In this document: positions 42,012 to 55,206 of the stretch, one piece after another
Numbering within the stretch: the first letter of the stretch is position 1
How the letters are laid out: every line of letters begins with the position of its first letter
From: Salpingoeca rosetta
Taxonomy: Eukaryota; Protista; Choanoflagellata
Assembly: GCA_033442325.1 (NCBI GenBank)
Contig: JAWQFM010000033.1
Span: 689,431-753,430, forward strand
DNA length: 64,000 nt
Direction of reading: 5' to 3'
The notes under the pieces: generated by a model
What the model was told of the DNA's origin: nothing
Database searches by the model: none
Seen by the model: the letters and a program-made list of their open reading frames with translations, nothing else
Program-made: the position numbers and the translations under genes

Positions 42012-44419
42012 ATGCCGGCAGAGTGGGCACTGGTTGCTGAACACCTGCTGTTGCTGGCAGATTGGAGAGATCGCCTGCATGCATCGTCCTCATCCGGTTC
42101 CAGTGCATTTGCTGCGACGAGCGCTGACGAAGAGGATGTTGCCGTTGCTGCGGTTGTGCAGGGTGATGTTCATGACCAACGCGCGCTTGTGTGCACACGT
42201 TGATCGCGTTGATGCTCACGTGCCGTGAGTTGTATCACGACCTGCCATGGGCCATGCCCAGGTGGTGTCTTGCTGCTTTGCTCAATCGCCCACGCCAATC
42301 CGTGTGGGAGAGCAAAACCTTTGTGGACAGCTTCCAGCGCCGCCTGCTATCTTCCCTTCAAGGAACAAGAGCGGCACACAAGGCGCGAGCTGGGCAGCGC
42401 CGTCTTCCTGCCGCTGCCGACACACGCATGGACGACGATTGGGCTGTTTGGCTTGAGAACCGCTTTCTCGCTTACAGCTGGCTCGGTGTTACGTGGGACG
42501 CGACCTGCCCGTTCCTTCGCGCACAGGTGCGATCCGTTGCAGCGGCTCCCAACAGCAACAACCTCTGGCGCAAGTTCCAGCACTGCGGTCGCATCTTCTT
42601 CTGCGGCTTGGACAAGCTGGAGGCGTGGGCTGCAGACACACAGCAGGCTTCGCATGCCACAACCCAGAAACCTCGCGAGGAACGTGGCGCAGCACACAGA
42701 GCTCACAGAGAAAGTGGGGACAAGAGAGACGCCCTCATGATGCAGACTCAAGAACCGTGCGCGCAGCAGCAGACACACGTACTCGAGACAGCAAGCCACG
42801 AGAACCAACACAAAGACCTTGGCACTGCGCACAGTATGTCCACGCCCACGCGCGCACCCACACTCACACCGGCAGTCTTCTCATTGTACGCATCCCTGAA
42901 CAGCCAAGCAGATGCTGAGCGTTTCCAAGGCCTACGCACGACCGTGTTTGCGAATGCGCGCGCAGAACACGTCTTCATTCAGGCACAGGCACCCCTGGCC
43001 TCCCTGACGGTGAGCAACGCAGACAACGTTCACATCAACGCGTGCTCGGCGGTGATTGACAACTTGGTGATCCGCGACGTGACACGCGTCGTCTGGCTGC
43101 CAGCAACAACACAACGCAGCACCGCATGCCACCTCAGCAACGTCCAGCATATTGACCTGCGCACCAAGAGCACGCTCACAGAAGATCTGGGCGCATTTGC
43201 CGGAATCCCGAGCGTTGGCCTTGCAACTGCAAACGATGACACCGGTGTGGACCTTGCGCCGCTCCATGGCGTGAAGCAGCTGGAGTTGCCCACCGAAGGC
43301 ACGGAAGCAGTACGGGGACACTCGGTGTTTCAAGCAGCAGAAACGCTCGTGCTGTCGCACACGAGCCTCACCCCGACAGACACGCTGCCGGTGGCGACCG
43401 TTGTCAAACTGTCCCACATGAGTGCTGTGCCGGAGCTGCTGCATCTGCCCAACGCCATCGACATTGCCCTGGGGTATGGGTCCAAGGTGCGGCAGTTCAC
43501 ATGTGCGCCACGCGTCGAGAGACTCGTGATTCGTGACGCCACGGGCACGCCGCCGTGCATTCCAAAGTTTGAGCACGCCCAGGTCGTGTGCCTTGCGCTG
43601 CCGCATCTTCACCTGAAGAGCGAGCAGCTGGTTGACCTCAGCAACCGCGTTGACAAGTTGGTACTTCGACGGTTGCTGCGCGTTCCGTATGATGCAGACT
43701 CGCCGCATACAAGCACAAGCGTCGTGCGTGGCATCCCCAACCATGCGCACGTGTGCCTGGACTGTTTCGAGATTGACGGACCGGTCCCGCCATGCGTCAA
43801 AGAGCTCCAAGCGCTGCTGGAAGGCAGCGCTTTGCAAGGCAGCTTCGTCAGCCACGTCCCGCGCCTGAGTCTCAACGACAAACGCGGGCACACTCGCATC
43901 AACGACGTGCACTTGCTCTCTGGACGCAAGGTGCTGCAGTTGATGCAGGTCTTGCTTGAAGGGCAGCTCGCGTCTTGCGAGCAGCTGAGTCTGTGCGGGT
44001 GCCGGGGGCGCCTGGGCTTGACATCCATTGGGTCCCTCGACCTGAATGGCGCAGTAGTGACTACTGAGGATGGCAACGGCGACGGAGACACCAACATCGA
44101 TTCTGGCGATGGCAGTGACGACAGTGACAACAGGGCACTTGCGGAGACGAAGCTTGTCATCACGCGCGTGCACCATGTGACCCTCTGCCGTCTCGAGGAG
44201 TGCGACATCCACGACTTTGGGTGCTTTCAGGACGTGCAGCACCTCACGCTGAAGGAATGCACTTTCAAGGACCTGGCCAGCTTTCCGCCCGTGCATGTTC
44301 TCTTTTTGCGCAACTGTGAAACCATGGACGAGGACGGGTGGTGCCCAGATGCGGTCTTCGTGGACCGCTCGCCGAACGAGATGGAGCAACTCTTGCTTGC
44401 CGAGCGAAGAAGGTGGTGA
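42012..44419 (+). CDS. Second intronless F-box-like/LRR paralogue with a frameshift at ~42189-42193 (pseudogene, sequencing error, or restart at ATG 42212)
   Basis: Shares LMLTCRELYHDLPWAMP.W, RFL..SWLG.TW...CPFL and C-terminal W.PDAVFV.R with 23917-27012. The N-terminal MPAEWALVAEHLL is in a different frame. Confidence 0.8.
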
Positions 44420-44424
44420 ACGGT

Positions 44425-44484
<60 letters not shown>

Positions 44485-46098
44485 CCTTCAGTCAGAACGT
44501 ACGAAACACGGCAGCCCAGAACAGACACCACTGTGCTCGAAAACGCCATCACAGCCACAAACGTGCACGACCTCACCACATTCACGTGCAGGGACATCAA
44601 CGCGGCCCTCTTGTAGGCCTCCGTGGCTTGTTGCTGTTGTTCTTCTCCTTGTTGGTGACCTGCTTCCTTTCTTCCCGCTTGTCCGCGTTCGCCCGTGTCG
44701 GTGCGCGGGGTCCGGGGGGGGGGCTTGCCCCTGCCCTTCTCCTCCTCCTCCTGCTCCACCAGCACCTTCTTCTTCTCCACCTCCTTCTCCTCCTCCTCCT
44801 CCTTCTTTGTCTTCTCCCCCATTCCAGCATTCCCTATTCCTCCCCCCCCCTATGCCCTGCTCTTCCCGTCTGTTGCATCTGCTGGCGCCCTCTCCTTCTG
44901 CTTCTTCCTCCTTGGCCTGTTACCCCCTCCCCTCTTGGTTCTCCCTGCCGCGCCTTCAGCAGAGCCATGGGCGCCAGGTCAATAAACGGGAACGTCCTGA
45001 GAAACGCCTCCCATGTGCACGGCTGTACTGGCCATCTTGCACACCCACCACAGAGCTGGTTGCACGGTGACGCATGGACCATGTATGCGCACACCGTCGA
45101 TGCCCTGCCAACGTGTGGCAGGTACTATGCCATGCGCTCGAGCTGTGCCCAGCAGTCTACTGTTTTGGTTGTTGTTTTGCTTGTTGTGAGTTGGTGTTTG
45201 GTGGCCATTTTCCTCGAACCACCTCAACCACAACAAGCAAGAAGCAACCAAGAAGCATAAGCGAAACAAGCCAAGACTGGTTGACCACATACCACGCACA
45301 TCCACCGGCGTTTGTGGTCCTTTGATCATCAGGACAGCGCTGCCTCTCCCTTGCCCCCTCAAGTCCTCAGCTTTCCTCTCAGTCCACACCACCCTTGTGT
45401 GTGACCACAGGACCACGGTGTGCGTGAGCGTACTCGCCGCCTCAGGCTGACGGTTTCTTTGCTTCTTCTGCCAACTGCTTGAGTTGCTGTGCAGGTGTGT
45501 GTGAGCTTTTGGTTCAAAACGCACAAGACACCTTCTTGGGCCCGGAAGCGTGTTCGTTGTTGCTACCACCAGCTTCTCGCACTCACTCTCAGCTGCTCTT
45601 TTGTGGTTTGCGAAGAGCTGAGCGACCACCCTTGCGTGCTCCACCAGCATCCCCCCCCCCCAACAAAAAAAAAAAAGCTGGTGGGCACTCTCTCCTCTCT
45701 GTCTGTCTGTTTCGTCTCCTTTGTTGTTCCCACCCCACCAGCCAAAAAAAAAAAAAGGCGAAAGCCACGCCCCCTCCCTTCCTCCTCTCCCTTGTGTGCA
45801 CTGCAACCACAACAACCAACCACAACAACCTTGCCACTCTTCTCTTTCTCTCCTTCTCCCACCAACCAAGCCAACACAACCCCACTCCCCTCTTCCTCTC
45901 CCTGTTTGTCTCTCCCACCTCGACCATCTCCTCGATCGTCTCATCTTCCTGGCACCTCGCCCCGCGCCACCAAGCCCTCAAGCCCTCAAGCCCACCGTCC
46001 GCGCCACACGGATTGCCCACTGAGCGGTTGACCTCCAACCCAACCCCACACACCGCTCCTCAGCTCCTCAGGCTCCCCCCCCCCACACACACACAGCC

Positions 46099-46483
46099 AT
46101 GGCTGACCAGCGACTGACGCACGGCGTGTCCGTGGCAGCTGTGCGGCGGTTTCTGGGTGATCTGAAGCGCGAGTTCCCCGACACGTACACTGAGATGACG
46201 ACGGAGGATGCTTGCAAGCAACTGGTTGTGCCACGCACGCGCCAGGACAACTGCGCCTACGTTGAGCAGCTGCGCAAGCAGTCGCCAGAGCACGTGAACA
46301 AGGCCACCGTCTTTGTGTCGCACGCATGGCGGTACAAGATCGCAGACGTGTTGAACGTGTTGCTCGAGTTTGCGGAAGAGCAAGCAAGGAAGGACGACGG
46401 CCAGCCCGTGTTCTTCTGGTTTGACCTCTTCATGAACAACCAAAACGCCAACGTCACGGCCAACCTCCCACAAGAGTGGTGTG

Positions 46484-46535
<52 letters not shown>

Positions 46536-46536
46536 C

Positions 46537-46603
<67 letters not shown>

Positions 46604-48963
46604 AAACTCTTGTGCTCTTCAACAACCACTGCCACACACACACACACACACGCGCGCGCGCTGTTCCCTCACAACAACTGCAACCCCTTCCCCTTTCCTC
46701 CCCGTCTTCCTTTCCTTCATCCTTTCTCCCTCCCCCTTTTCCTTTGTCAACACCCAGGTGGAGCACGACGTTCAAGCAGTCCATTGCCAACATTGGCCAT
46801 GTGCTGCTGGTGCTCATGCCGTGGCGAGACCCTGTTCCTTTGACACGCGCGTGGTGCCTGTGGGAGATCTTCTGTGGCATCAGCAACGAAAGCACAGAGG
46901 TCACCATCCAACTACCCAACAGCGAAGAACAGGCGCTCGAAAACGCAATTCGCGACAGCTACACAGCCGTCACAGACACGCTGGTGCGCGTGCAGGCAGA
47001 GCGAGCCGACGCCTTTAACCCCCACGACAAACACATGATCTTCACGGCGATCGAGTCGTGGGCGGGTGGCTTCAGCGCAGTCAACCAGGCCGTGAAGGAC
47101 CAGCTGCGCGCGTGGTGCCTGCAAAAGGCGGTGGGTGCCGTCGAAGCCATGCGGGCACGAGGCGAGGACAGCACTGACGCATATGCGAGGCTGTGTGGCC
47201 AGGTTGCAACTGTGCTCAGCCAGTTTGGCGAGCACGATCGCGCCATTGCCTACTACGAGACAGCGCTGCCGCTTCACCTGAAAACCGAAGGGGAGAAAGG
47301 AAAGAACGTGGCGGCGTTGTACGGCAGTCTCGGCAACGCCTACGACAGCAAGGGCGAGCACAACAAGGCGATTGCGTTTTACGAGAAGGCCCTCGCCATC
47401 AAGGTGGAGACGCTGGGGGAGAAGCATCCAAGCACAGCGAAGACGTACAACAACCTCGGTACCGCCTACTACAGCAAGGGCGACTACGACAAGACGGTTG
47501 CGTACTTCGAGAAGGCGCTCGCCGTCATGGTGGAGACGCTTGGGGAGAAGCACCCGAGCACAGCAAAGACGTACAACAACCTCGGCAACGCCTACGGCGA
47601 CAAGGGCGACTTCGACAAGGCGATTGAGCTGTGTAAGAAGGCCCTCGCCATCACGGTGGAGACGCTGGGCGAGAAGCACCCAAGCACGGCCGACACCCAC
47701 AACAACCTCGGCAACGCCTACAAGGGCAAGGGCGACTACGACAGGGCGGTTGAGCTGTACGAGAAGGCGCTCGACATCAAGGTGGAGACGGTGGGCGAAA
47801 AGCACCCAGGCACAGCACAGACGTACGGCAACATCGGCAGCGTCTACCACAGCAAGGGCGACTACGACAAGGCGATTGCGTACCATGAGAAGGCCCTCGC
47901 CATCTATGTGGGGACGTTGGGCGAGAAGCACCTGAGCATAGCTGAGACGTACAACAGCTTCGGTATCGCCTACCACAGCAAGGGCGAGTTCGACAGGGCC
48001 ATCCACTACTACGACAAGGCCCTCGCCATCAAGGTGGAGACAGTGGGGGAGAAGCACCCAAGCACTGCCGATACCTACGGCAACCTCGGCAGCGCCTACC
48101 ACAGCAAGGGCGACTACGACAGAGCCATCCACTTCCACGAGAAGGACCTCGCCATCACGGTGGAAGCGTTGGGCGAGAAGCACCCGAGCGTAGCCACATC
48201 GTGCTTCAACATTGGCCTGCTGCACGACACGCGCGGGGACAAGGAGCAGGCCTGCGCCTCCATCCAACAGGCGCTCGACATTTTCACAAGCACGCTTGGG
48301 CCAGACCACCCAAACACCCGCAAGGCAGAGCGCAATCTGCGGCGCATTCGTGGTGGTGCTGTGACCAGGCAGCACACATCCACGCAACACGTGTCAGAGT
48401 CTCAACTTCAGCAGCAACACGTGCTTGCTCATCGCAACCTTCTTCTTCGGTTCATCTCTTCTGCTGTTGTGTACCAGGCGTTTGCTCCACAACGCAACTT
48501 GCTCATGCGGTTTCTCGGTGCAGTTGCACAGGTTCACGCTGAGGCAAGACGCCCAGCAAACACAGGCAGCGACGGTGAGGACAAGAAGACAGGGACTGGG
48601 CACGGCTGTCCTCGTGGCTACTCTGCACCTGCAAGAGCGTTGTACAAGGACGCTTGCAAGTGCCCTGGTGAGCCACTGATCGGCTGGTTGCGGAAGCGTG
48701 GGCGACGGAGGGCCGCCTTTCGCCCGTGCTGGTGCAAGCTTGACGACGACGGCCACCTCGCGTACGGCAAGTCCGCTTCAGGCACGGCCAAGCGGCGCAT
48801 CCCCCTTTCCAGCGTGCAGTCAGCTGAGCTCGCCCATGGTGGCGAGGAGTTACACGTTGCTGTTCCCGGCCGCACCTTCGTCTTCCGCCTGCACGCGCAC
48901 TCTGACACCTCGCTCGCTGACTGGTGCACCGCCATCAACAGCCGGATCAACGCCACCACTTGA
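46099..48963 (+). CDS. HET/TIR-like domain + 9 kinesin-light-chain-type TPRs + C-terminal PH domain (intron 46479-46757)
   Basis: TVFVSHAW, FFWFDLFMNNQ, PLTRAWCLWE; 42-aa HPSTA.TY.NLG.AY..KG.YD.AI...EKAL repeats; PH motif GWLRKRG...FRPCWCKL...LAY.K...IPL...RTFVF...WCTAI. Confidence 0.9.
47300..48330 (+). repeat. 126-bp coding tandem repeat (TPR array)
   Basis: Recurrent gagaagcacccaagcac...caagggcgactacgac at 126-nt period. Confidence 0.95.
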
Positions 48964-48975
48964 CTGTGTGCTGTG

Positions 48976-49022
<47 letters not shown>

Positions 49023-49189
49023 CTTGCTGGTTTGCTGGTTTCTCTCTTTGCTCCTTTGCTGACTTTGCTTTGTTTGTGTGACACTGTAGTAAACTCTTCA
49101 CGCGATCCAACCGGCTGACAAGCAACGAGCATACAACCTACCACACCACACGTCGACCAAACAGGTCTACTTCCCTCAACCCATCCACG

Positions 49190-49920
49190 CATCAGCTCCA
49201 GGGTGCGGCCCGTGGAAAAGTAGTTCCATCAGCACGTGAATGTGTGGGGGCATCGGCAGCGGGTTCGGCCGCTCAGCGTGCACAACGCCCAGCAGCCTTG
49301 TCGGAGGGCTGGGTCGCCAGCCTGGACTCGCTGTCCGTCCGTGACCGTCCGGAACAGCACGTTGTCGCTGCACGCCCACGCCAATTGGGGATGCGTCCAA
49401 CTCTCGTGCTGCACCTCCACCACCGCTGCCTCCTCGGGGTTCAGGTTGCCCGTCCCCAGCGACAGGTCCCACCATCCCAAAGGGCTGCAGCGACATCAGG
49501 AACATGAAGAGGTCTGCGTTCCAGCAGCGTGCTTCTGCAACCCTGTCTCCACGTCGGTCTTGCGGCGCATCATGCCCGCGAACACGGCGCCAATCCCCGA
49601 CAGCAGCTTGAGCTTCGTCTCGAACGGCGCCTGCAGCGTCTTTTTGTTGACGACCACGTGCGTGTCCTTGCCCACTTCGCGCGCGTGTGTACTCGGACGA
49701 GAAGTTAGGGCACGTCTCCCGCGCTTGGGGCGCACCCGTCCGTCTGCGCAAACCACAATCGTGTTGACGTGTGTTGTCGTGCTGGAACGTGCGCTTGGGG
49801 GTCTCGGCGCCCTCCACACGTGCCTGCCTGCTGGGGTCGGCGAGCGACCTGAACCCAAACGGCCGTCGGCGGCGGTGGTCGATGGTGAGTCCGCCATCCC
49901 CGTTGGTGCTGGGGGAGGAA
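49190..49920 (-). pseudogene. Frameshifted coding-like fragment of an unidentified gene
   Basis: GC3-rich, microsatellite-free sequence. Protein-like stretches (VVVNKKTLQAPFETKLKLLSGIGAVF; WNADLFMFLMSLQPF; NLNPEEAAVVEV) switch frames. Confidence 0.45.
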
Positions 49921-50191
49921 ACGGACGCCACGACAGACGGACAAAAGGCTGGGCGTGGATGTTGAAGCGTTGTGGCAACGGAGCATGCTGGCTGAACGCA
50001 CTTGTCGACATAGATGAGGTGTAATACCTGCAGAACCGAGGAGAGATGGTCGCCTGTTGGACAGGCGAGGAGACGGGTGAGTGGTGGATGAGGAGGAGCA
50101 CGACAAGTCCACACGGGCGACTCAGGTGCAAACAAGGGCGCAAACGCACGCCACCACGCGCACACATGTGAGCACACACACATGAACGCAC

Positions 50192-50470
50192 GGTCGATGG
50201 AGGTGTTTGTGTCGTTGGCGAGAGCGAGCCAGGTGCAGGTGACGGTGGCGGCGGCGGTGGTGCCGATGCGTTTCAGCTCTTCATTCGATTGAGACAGCTG
50301 CCATACACGGGGTGCAATGGAGAAGGAATGGTTGCGGTGGTGGTGGTGGAGATCAGGCGGTGGAGTGAAAAGAGCGAGAGACACTCTTCATGGAAGACAG
50401 ACTTAAATCCAACACGCCTTCCTCAACGCACAAGTTCACGCACACACACGCACACACACACACACTCACT

Positions 50471-50504
<34 letters not shown>

Positions 50505-50720
50505 ATCCTCGTTCGCGTCGTCTTGAGGCCTGCGGCAGCGGTGCGCTGGCGGTCAAACGTGAGCGTGGTCAGGACACGGAAGAGCTGCAGAATGTGGATG
50601 AAGTGCAGGTTGCTTAGGCAGTCCAGGGTGCCGTCCAACATGAGCGCGCAAACGGGTGCAGCAGCTTCGGGTGGTCTGTGGCCAGCGACATAGCAGCACA
50701 GACATGGCTGCGTCCTACTC
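50192..50720 (-). pseudogene. FANCD2-like fragment (two exon remnants, frameshifted)
   Basis: LATDHPKLLHPFA/LMLDGTLDCLSNLHFIHILQLFRVLTTLTF...QLSQSNEELKRIG resembles recalled FANCD2 [27 protein letters not shown]...KQLSSTVFKYKLIG. Confidence 0.6.
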
Positions 50721-50759
50721 CTGTGCCTGCCCCGTGCCAATGTGCGCTACCAGGGCCCC

Positions 50760-52292
50760 AACCACCTCCTGCCGTGCACTCGCGGTCAGAGTCAAGCGTA
50801 GGCGCCTGGCTTGTGGAAGGTGCAAAACTTGCACCTGCTCGCGGTCGTGCGTGGAAATGTACTCCGAGGCCGCGTAAGACGACACGGGCACGCACGTGTC
50901 CTGGACGCACTTGCGGCAGAGGCGGCCGTGCTGGCGCGTGGGCTCGCAAAGCGAATCCCTTCCTCATCCTCATCGCACTGCGTGACGGGGCGGCACGACT
51001 CGGCCTGGCCGTCGACGGGCTTGAAGGTGGCACCAAGCTCGCACTGGCTGCACACGCGATCACTTGTGGGGGGGGGGGCTCGGCTGTCTCCTCCTCGCCG
51101 GCGTCACACGTGGTGACGGGGAGACAGGGCACGCCCTGGCCAGAAACGGCCTTGTACGTGCCCTTAGGGCACTTGTCGCAGACACGGTCGCTGATGAGGT
51201 GGGTCACGCCCTGCACCTCCTCAGACCCGGGCGCGCACTCTGTGACATCCTTGCACGGCGTGGGTGGCGGGATCGCTGTCGTGGTGGTCGTTGGTGCCTG
51301 CGCGGCGGGTGAAGCTGGAGCAGGAGCCGTGGGAGCGCGCCTCCGTGTAGTGGCTGGCGGGGCACATCTGGCAACCCGTGGAGCCGTCACTGGTGCCGGC
51401 CGGGCAGTCGCGGCACACGCGGTCCAAGGAACAGCGGGTTGGCGCGGACATCTCCTCCTGGCCGCGCTCGTACTCCTCAATGGGTGCGCACTTGCTGCCG
51501 CCCAATGGATGGGGAGAACTCCGTCACGCTGTCGCACGGCCGACAGTCGGCCGAATCGGCGTCGTAGACGAGGATGAAGCCTGCGCTGCACTCGCACGTG
51601 TCTGTGCAGCCTGGGCAGGAGCGGCGTGCCTCGTCGGCATCCATCTGGCGAATGGTGTCGCGGATGCCATCCTCGCCCTGGCCGGAACAGCACACGTCAA
51701 GCACCACGTCGAGCTGCTCGTCCATGGCCTCGGCGCACACCATCTCCTCAAACAGCTGCGTGATGAGCTTGTTGCAGGTGAGCGTGTCGCAGGAGCAGAG
51801 GCGGTCCGTGGTGAGCGTGGACGGGATGGTCTCGATGAAGGGCTCCTCGCACACGCTGGTGGGGAAGCACGAGGCGCGGTCCGGCAGCGGCTGGTACTCC
51901 ATGCCGAGGGTGCAGCTCACGCACGAGCGGTCGCGCACGGCACTGCCAGAGACAGACGAACTCCTTCTGGGCCTGGCTTGCACTCGGTCCAGGGAGAGCA
52001 CATGGCGTCGGAGGACACGGAGCATGGGGTGGAGGCCCAGGTGCCCATGCCACACATGGTGCATGGCACGAAGCGGTGGTCCTTGGCGTAGAAGTAATCG
52101 AGAGGGCAATCGGCAATGCACGACTGGTGAGGTTGCCGTCGCAGAGGTTGAGGCAGTCGGTGGCGTCTGGTGGAGTGGCATTCGGCACACCCGTTGGCCG
52201 AGCTTATACTTGCCGTCGTCGGGGCACTCGCTGATGCAGCGGCCGTTACTGGAGGTGAGGGTTGGGTCCGCAGGCCGTGCACTCATCGATGC
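50760..52292 (-). pseudogene. Decayed furin-like/TNFR-like Cys-rich repeat exon
   Basis: C..CP.GT.., T.TxDRxC and CLPVTTC repeats distributed over all three frames, implying many indels. Confidence 0.8.
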
Positions 52293-52427
52293 CTGGAGAG
52301 GGAGGGAGTGGGAGTGGAGGGGGAGGATGGCGTGAGAGGCAATAATGACAACACTATTGTGAGATTGAGGAACCGTGCACCGCTTCATCATTTCAACGAC
52401 ACACACCCATAAGAGACTTTGAGGACA

Positions 52428-52493
<66 letters not shown>

Positions 52494-52513
52494 GCCAGCA
52501 CAAGTAAACGTAC

Positions 52514-52872
52514 CATTGGCTCGTGATGAAGCTATCTTTGAGCACCTGCCACAAGGCGTTGTGCACCGTGTGGACTGTTGTGCGGTTCTGCTGCACAACC
52601 TGCTCCAAGCAGCCGTTTGTGGTGAAGTATGTCTCCCTGAACTCCGTATCCGCGCCGCGGTTCAGCGTTTTCGCGACGTCATCGACGGGGTCGCGGGCGT
52701 ACGTGTTGGTGTCGACCATGTTTGCAAATCGCATCGTCGTCTGTTCCAATCGCCACCATGTCACGCTTCCACTATCCGCGCACAATGTCGTTGAGCAGCA
52801 TGTTGTTCGCACACGAGGGCACGCCGTTGATGCTCACGTACGAGCACATGACAGCGAGCGCCCGCGCTTGTA
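52514..52872 (-). pseudogene. Glycoside hydrolase family 3 (beta-xylosidase/glucosidase) exon remnant
   Basis: [28 protein letters not shown]...GTDDDAI matches GH3 MCSYN.VNGVP.CAN..LL..ILR.W...SDC.AI. In-frame TAG at 52772-52774, then a frameshift to ...AKTLNRGAD... Confidence 0.85.
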
Positions 52873-53068
52873 CTGCACATGAGACACATGGCAGAGGGGA
52901 GCGGGATGAAGATGAGGAGGTGGGAGGTGAGGGGATGGCGCAGGCATGGTGGCGTGGACGAACGAACAAGACTTGTTGATGGGAGGTACATGAGCTGACA
53001 CACACAGACACACACATACACACATACACCCAAACACACACACACATACACACACATACACACATACA

Positions 53069-53139
<71 letters not shown>

Positions 53140-53258
53140 CTTGATCTTGGTGCAATGGACGTGAGCTTGGAAGACGCTCGCCACGGCGGCTGAACAGCAG
53201 CACACAGCACACTGCCACCAACCACAAACAGCAGCGCTGTCACTGCCGTTGCACGCAT
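53140..53258 (-). pseudogene. Orphan signal-peptide exon
   Basis: [21 protein letters not shown] followed by a GT donor at 53139. Confidence 0.55.
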
Positions 53259-53689
53259 CTCCCTTCTTGTCTTCTTCCCCACAAAACACAAACACAAACA
53301 GAATTGTGCCGAGTCAGCACTTTCTTCTTTGTTGTTGAAAGGGGTTCACTGCTGTGTGATGGAAGGCAGACGCACACGCACAGACATGCACAGACACGCA
53401 CACACACGCACACGCAGGGGCGAACGGCTTGATGGAGCAGTGCTCTGCGTGGAGGAACGAAAGGGAAGGGGGTAACAACTGCTGTGCTGCTTGCGACCGG
53501 GACAAAAGCACGACAAGTGCACGGCAAGCCAGCCAGCAGCCCAGCCAGCAGGCAGTGAACAGCCGCAAACAAGTCTCCTTCTGGCCCGTTGCATACATGT
53601 GTGACACAAGCCACAAACACTGTCAGTCAGCCCACCGTCTGGCAACAGCATCCAAGATGCACTCGGCAAGGGCACTGGCAACTTGCGAT

Positions 53690-54180
53690 TGGTGATTGTG
53701 GCGTCGTCGCCAGCAACGGCCTCATCTACGGCATCCCTCCCTTTGACGCAACTCCCACCACCTCTGTGCTCATCATCAGCCCATCAACAACAGCAGTGAC
53801 AGCAGTGACAGCAGCAGCAACAACAGCAGTGGTTGACACGACCACCATCAACAGTCTGCAAACCGGTTGAGCCATGTGGGCACTGCAGACGGCGTGCTGG
53901 CTGTCTCACAACACCCTCCTCTACGGGTCTGACCACTGATCGCAGCACGAACACAGCAGACACAAGCACGCTTGGTGGGCTGCTACACGGCGGATGCAAG
54001 TGGATCAGCGGCGTGGCTGTGGACAATGGCCTTTTCCTGCCACGGCATTCCATGCAACTCGCCATCCATCCTCATCGTTGATCCAGCCGCAAGTGCGGTG
54101 GACACAACCATACTATCCGTTCCAGAAGTGCTATGGTGGTGTGTTGGCTTGCAACGGCTTGCTGTGTCGCATGCCCTGGC
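53690..54180 (+). pseudogene. Decayed beta-propeller-type repeats (GGVLA.NG.IYGIP...SVLIIDP.T...DTTT)
   Basis: GVVASNGLIYGIPPFDA..SVLIISPST, KWISGVAVDNG, GIPCNSPSILIVDP..VDTT, YGGVLACNG, with a stop and frameshifts. Confidence 0.7.
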
Positions 54181-54233
54181 TCGTCCATCACATTCCTCCT
54201 CGTCGATCCACGGTACTGACACAGGTAGGCGTG

Positions 54234-54269
<36 letters not shown>

Positions 54270-55106
54270 GGAAGAGAAGTGCATGTTGGGTTGGCACGCA
54301 CCATGTGCGACTGCTGATGCTTACACGCTTCACCAATCCTGTCTGTTCCATCTCATCACACCACCTCAGTGAATTCCACGACCGTGACGGCCTCGGTGTG
54401 TCCATGTCACTCTTCTCCATGGTGACATTCATTCATTCACATCGGAGCAGTGACGCGTTCCGCCCACACAAACAGGAACATCCTCGTCACCTTCAGGTCT
54501 GTGCATGCATGCGTGTGTGTTTTGACGTGGTGCGATGTGGGGTTCGATGGTCACTGCTGCTGCTGGGTTTAGAGGTCGGTGTCGCTCACTGCACCACCAC
54601 TCGCGCTTCTTGTAGCCGCTGCAACCTCACTCCAAACCTGTTGTGGTGCCGCTGCTTGACGTGTGTCTTCTTTCCCTGTTGTGCAGAAGCACTACCGAGT
54701 CTGCTCGCTCTTGATGCCATGCGCAACCACCTCCCAAAGCTGCACAACGGCAGGTGTGGTGTGATACGCGTGTGATGTGTTATGTGTTACTGTGTTCCGT
54801 GCGTGTGTCTCGTACGTTGCCTCGGAGTCAACTGGTTTTGGTGCTGTGTGAGTATCTGTCTGGATCCACCTCTCTCACTCACACATACACATCGCCTGTG
54901 TCTGCGCGCGTATGCAGGGGCATTGTGTTAGTGTGCGCGTGCCGGTGGTTTGGCGAAGAGCGAATGGGTCGTGAAGGGAAGGTTGGATATGACCCGTCGT
55001 GCAAGCAGGCAGAGGAAGAGTTCAACATACACACGCACGGAGCTGACGCTGGAGACCAAGTTTGGGCTCATCGTGGAAGGACTTGGCTACCACTCCTTCA
55101 GGTGTG

Positions 55107-55206
55107 NNNNNNNNNNNNNNNNNNNNNNNNNNNNNNNNNNNNNNNNNNNNNNNNNNNNNNNNNNNNNNNNNNNNNNNNNNNNNNNNNNNNNNNNNNNNNN
55201 NNNNNN
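55107..55206. other. Assembly gap (~100 N)
   Basis: N characters. Confidence 1.

Noticed and set aside
44424-45260. ORFs on both strands (Glu/Lys-rich 132 aa; 321 aa)
   Set aside because: Mostly from CT-rich low complexity. No recognisable motif or splice model, though 44960-45150 could be another gene remnant.
46912-48390. 492-aa antisense ORF over the TPR array
   Set aside because: Shadow of a repetitive, GC3-rich sense CDS.
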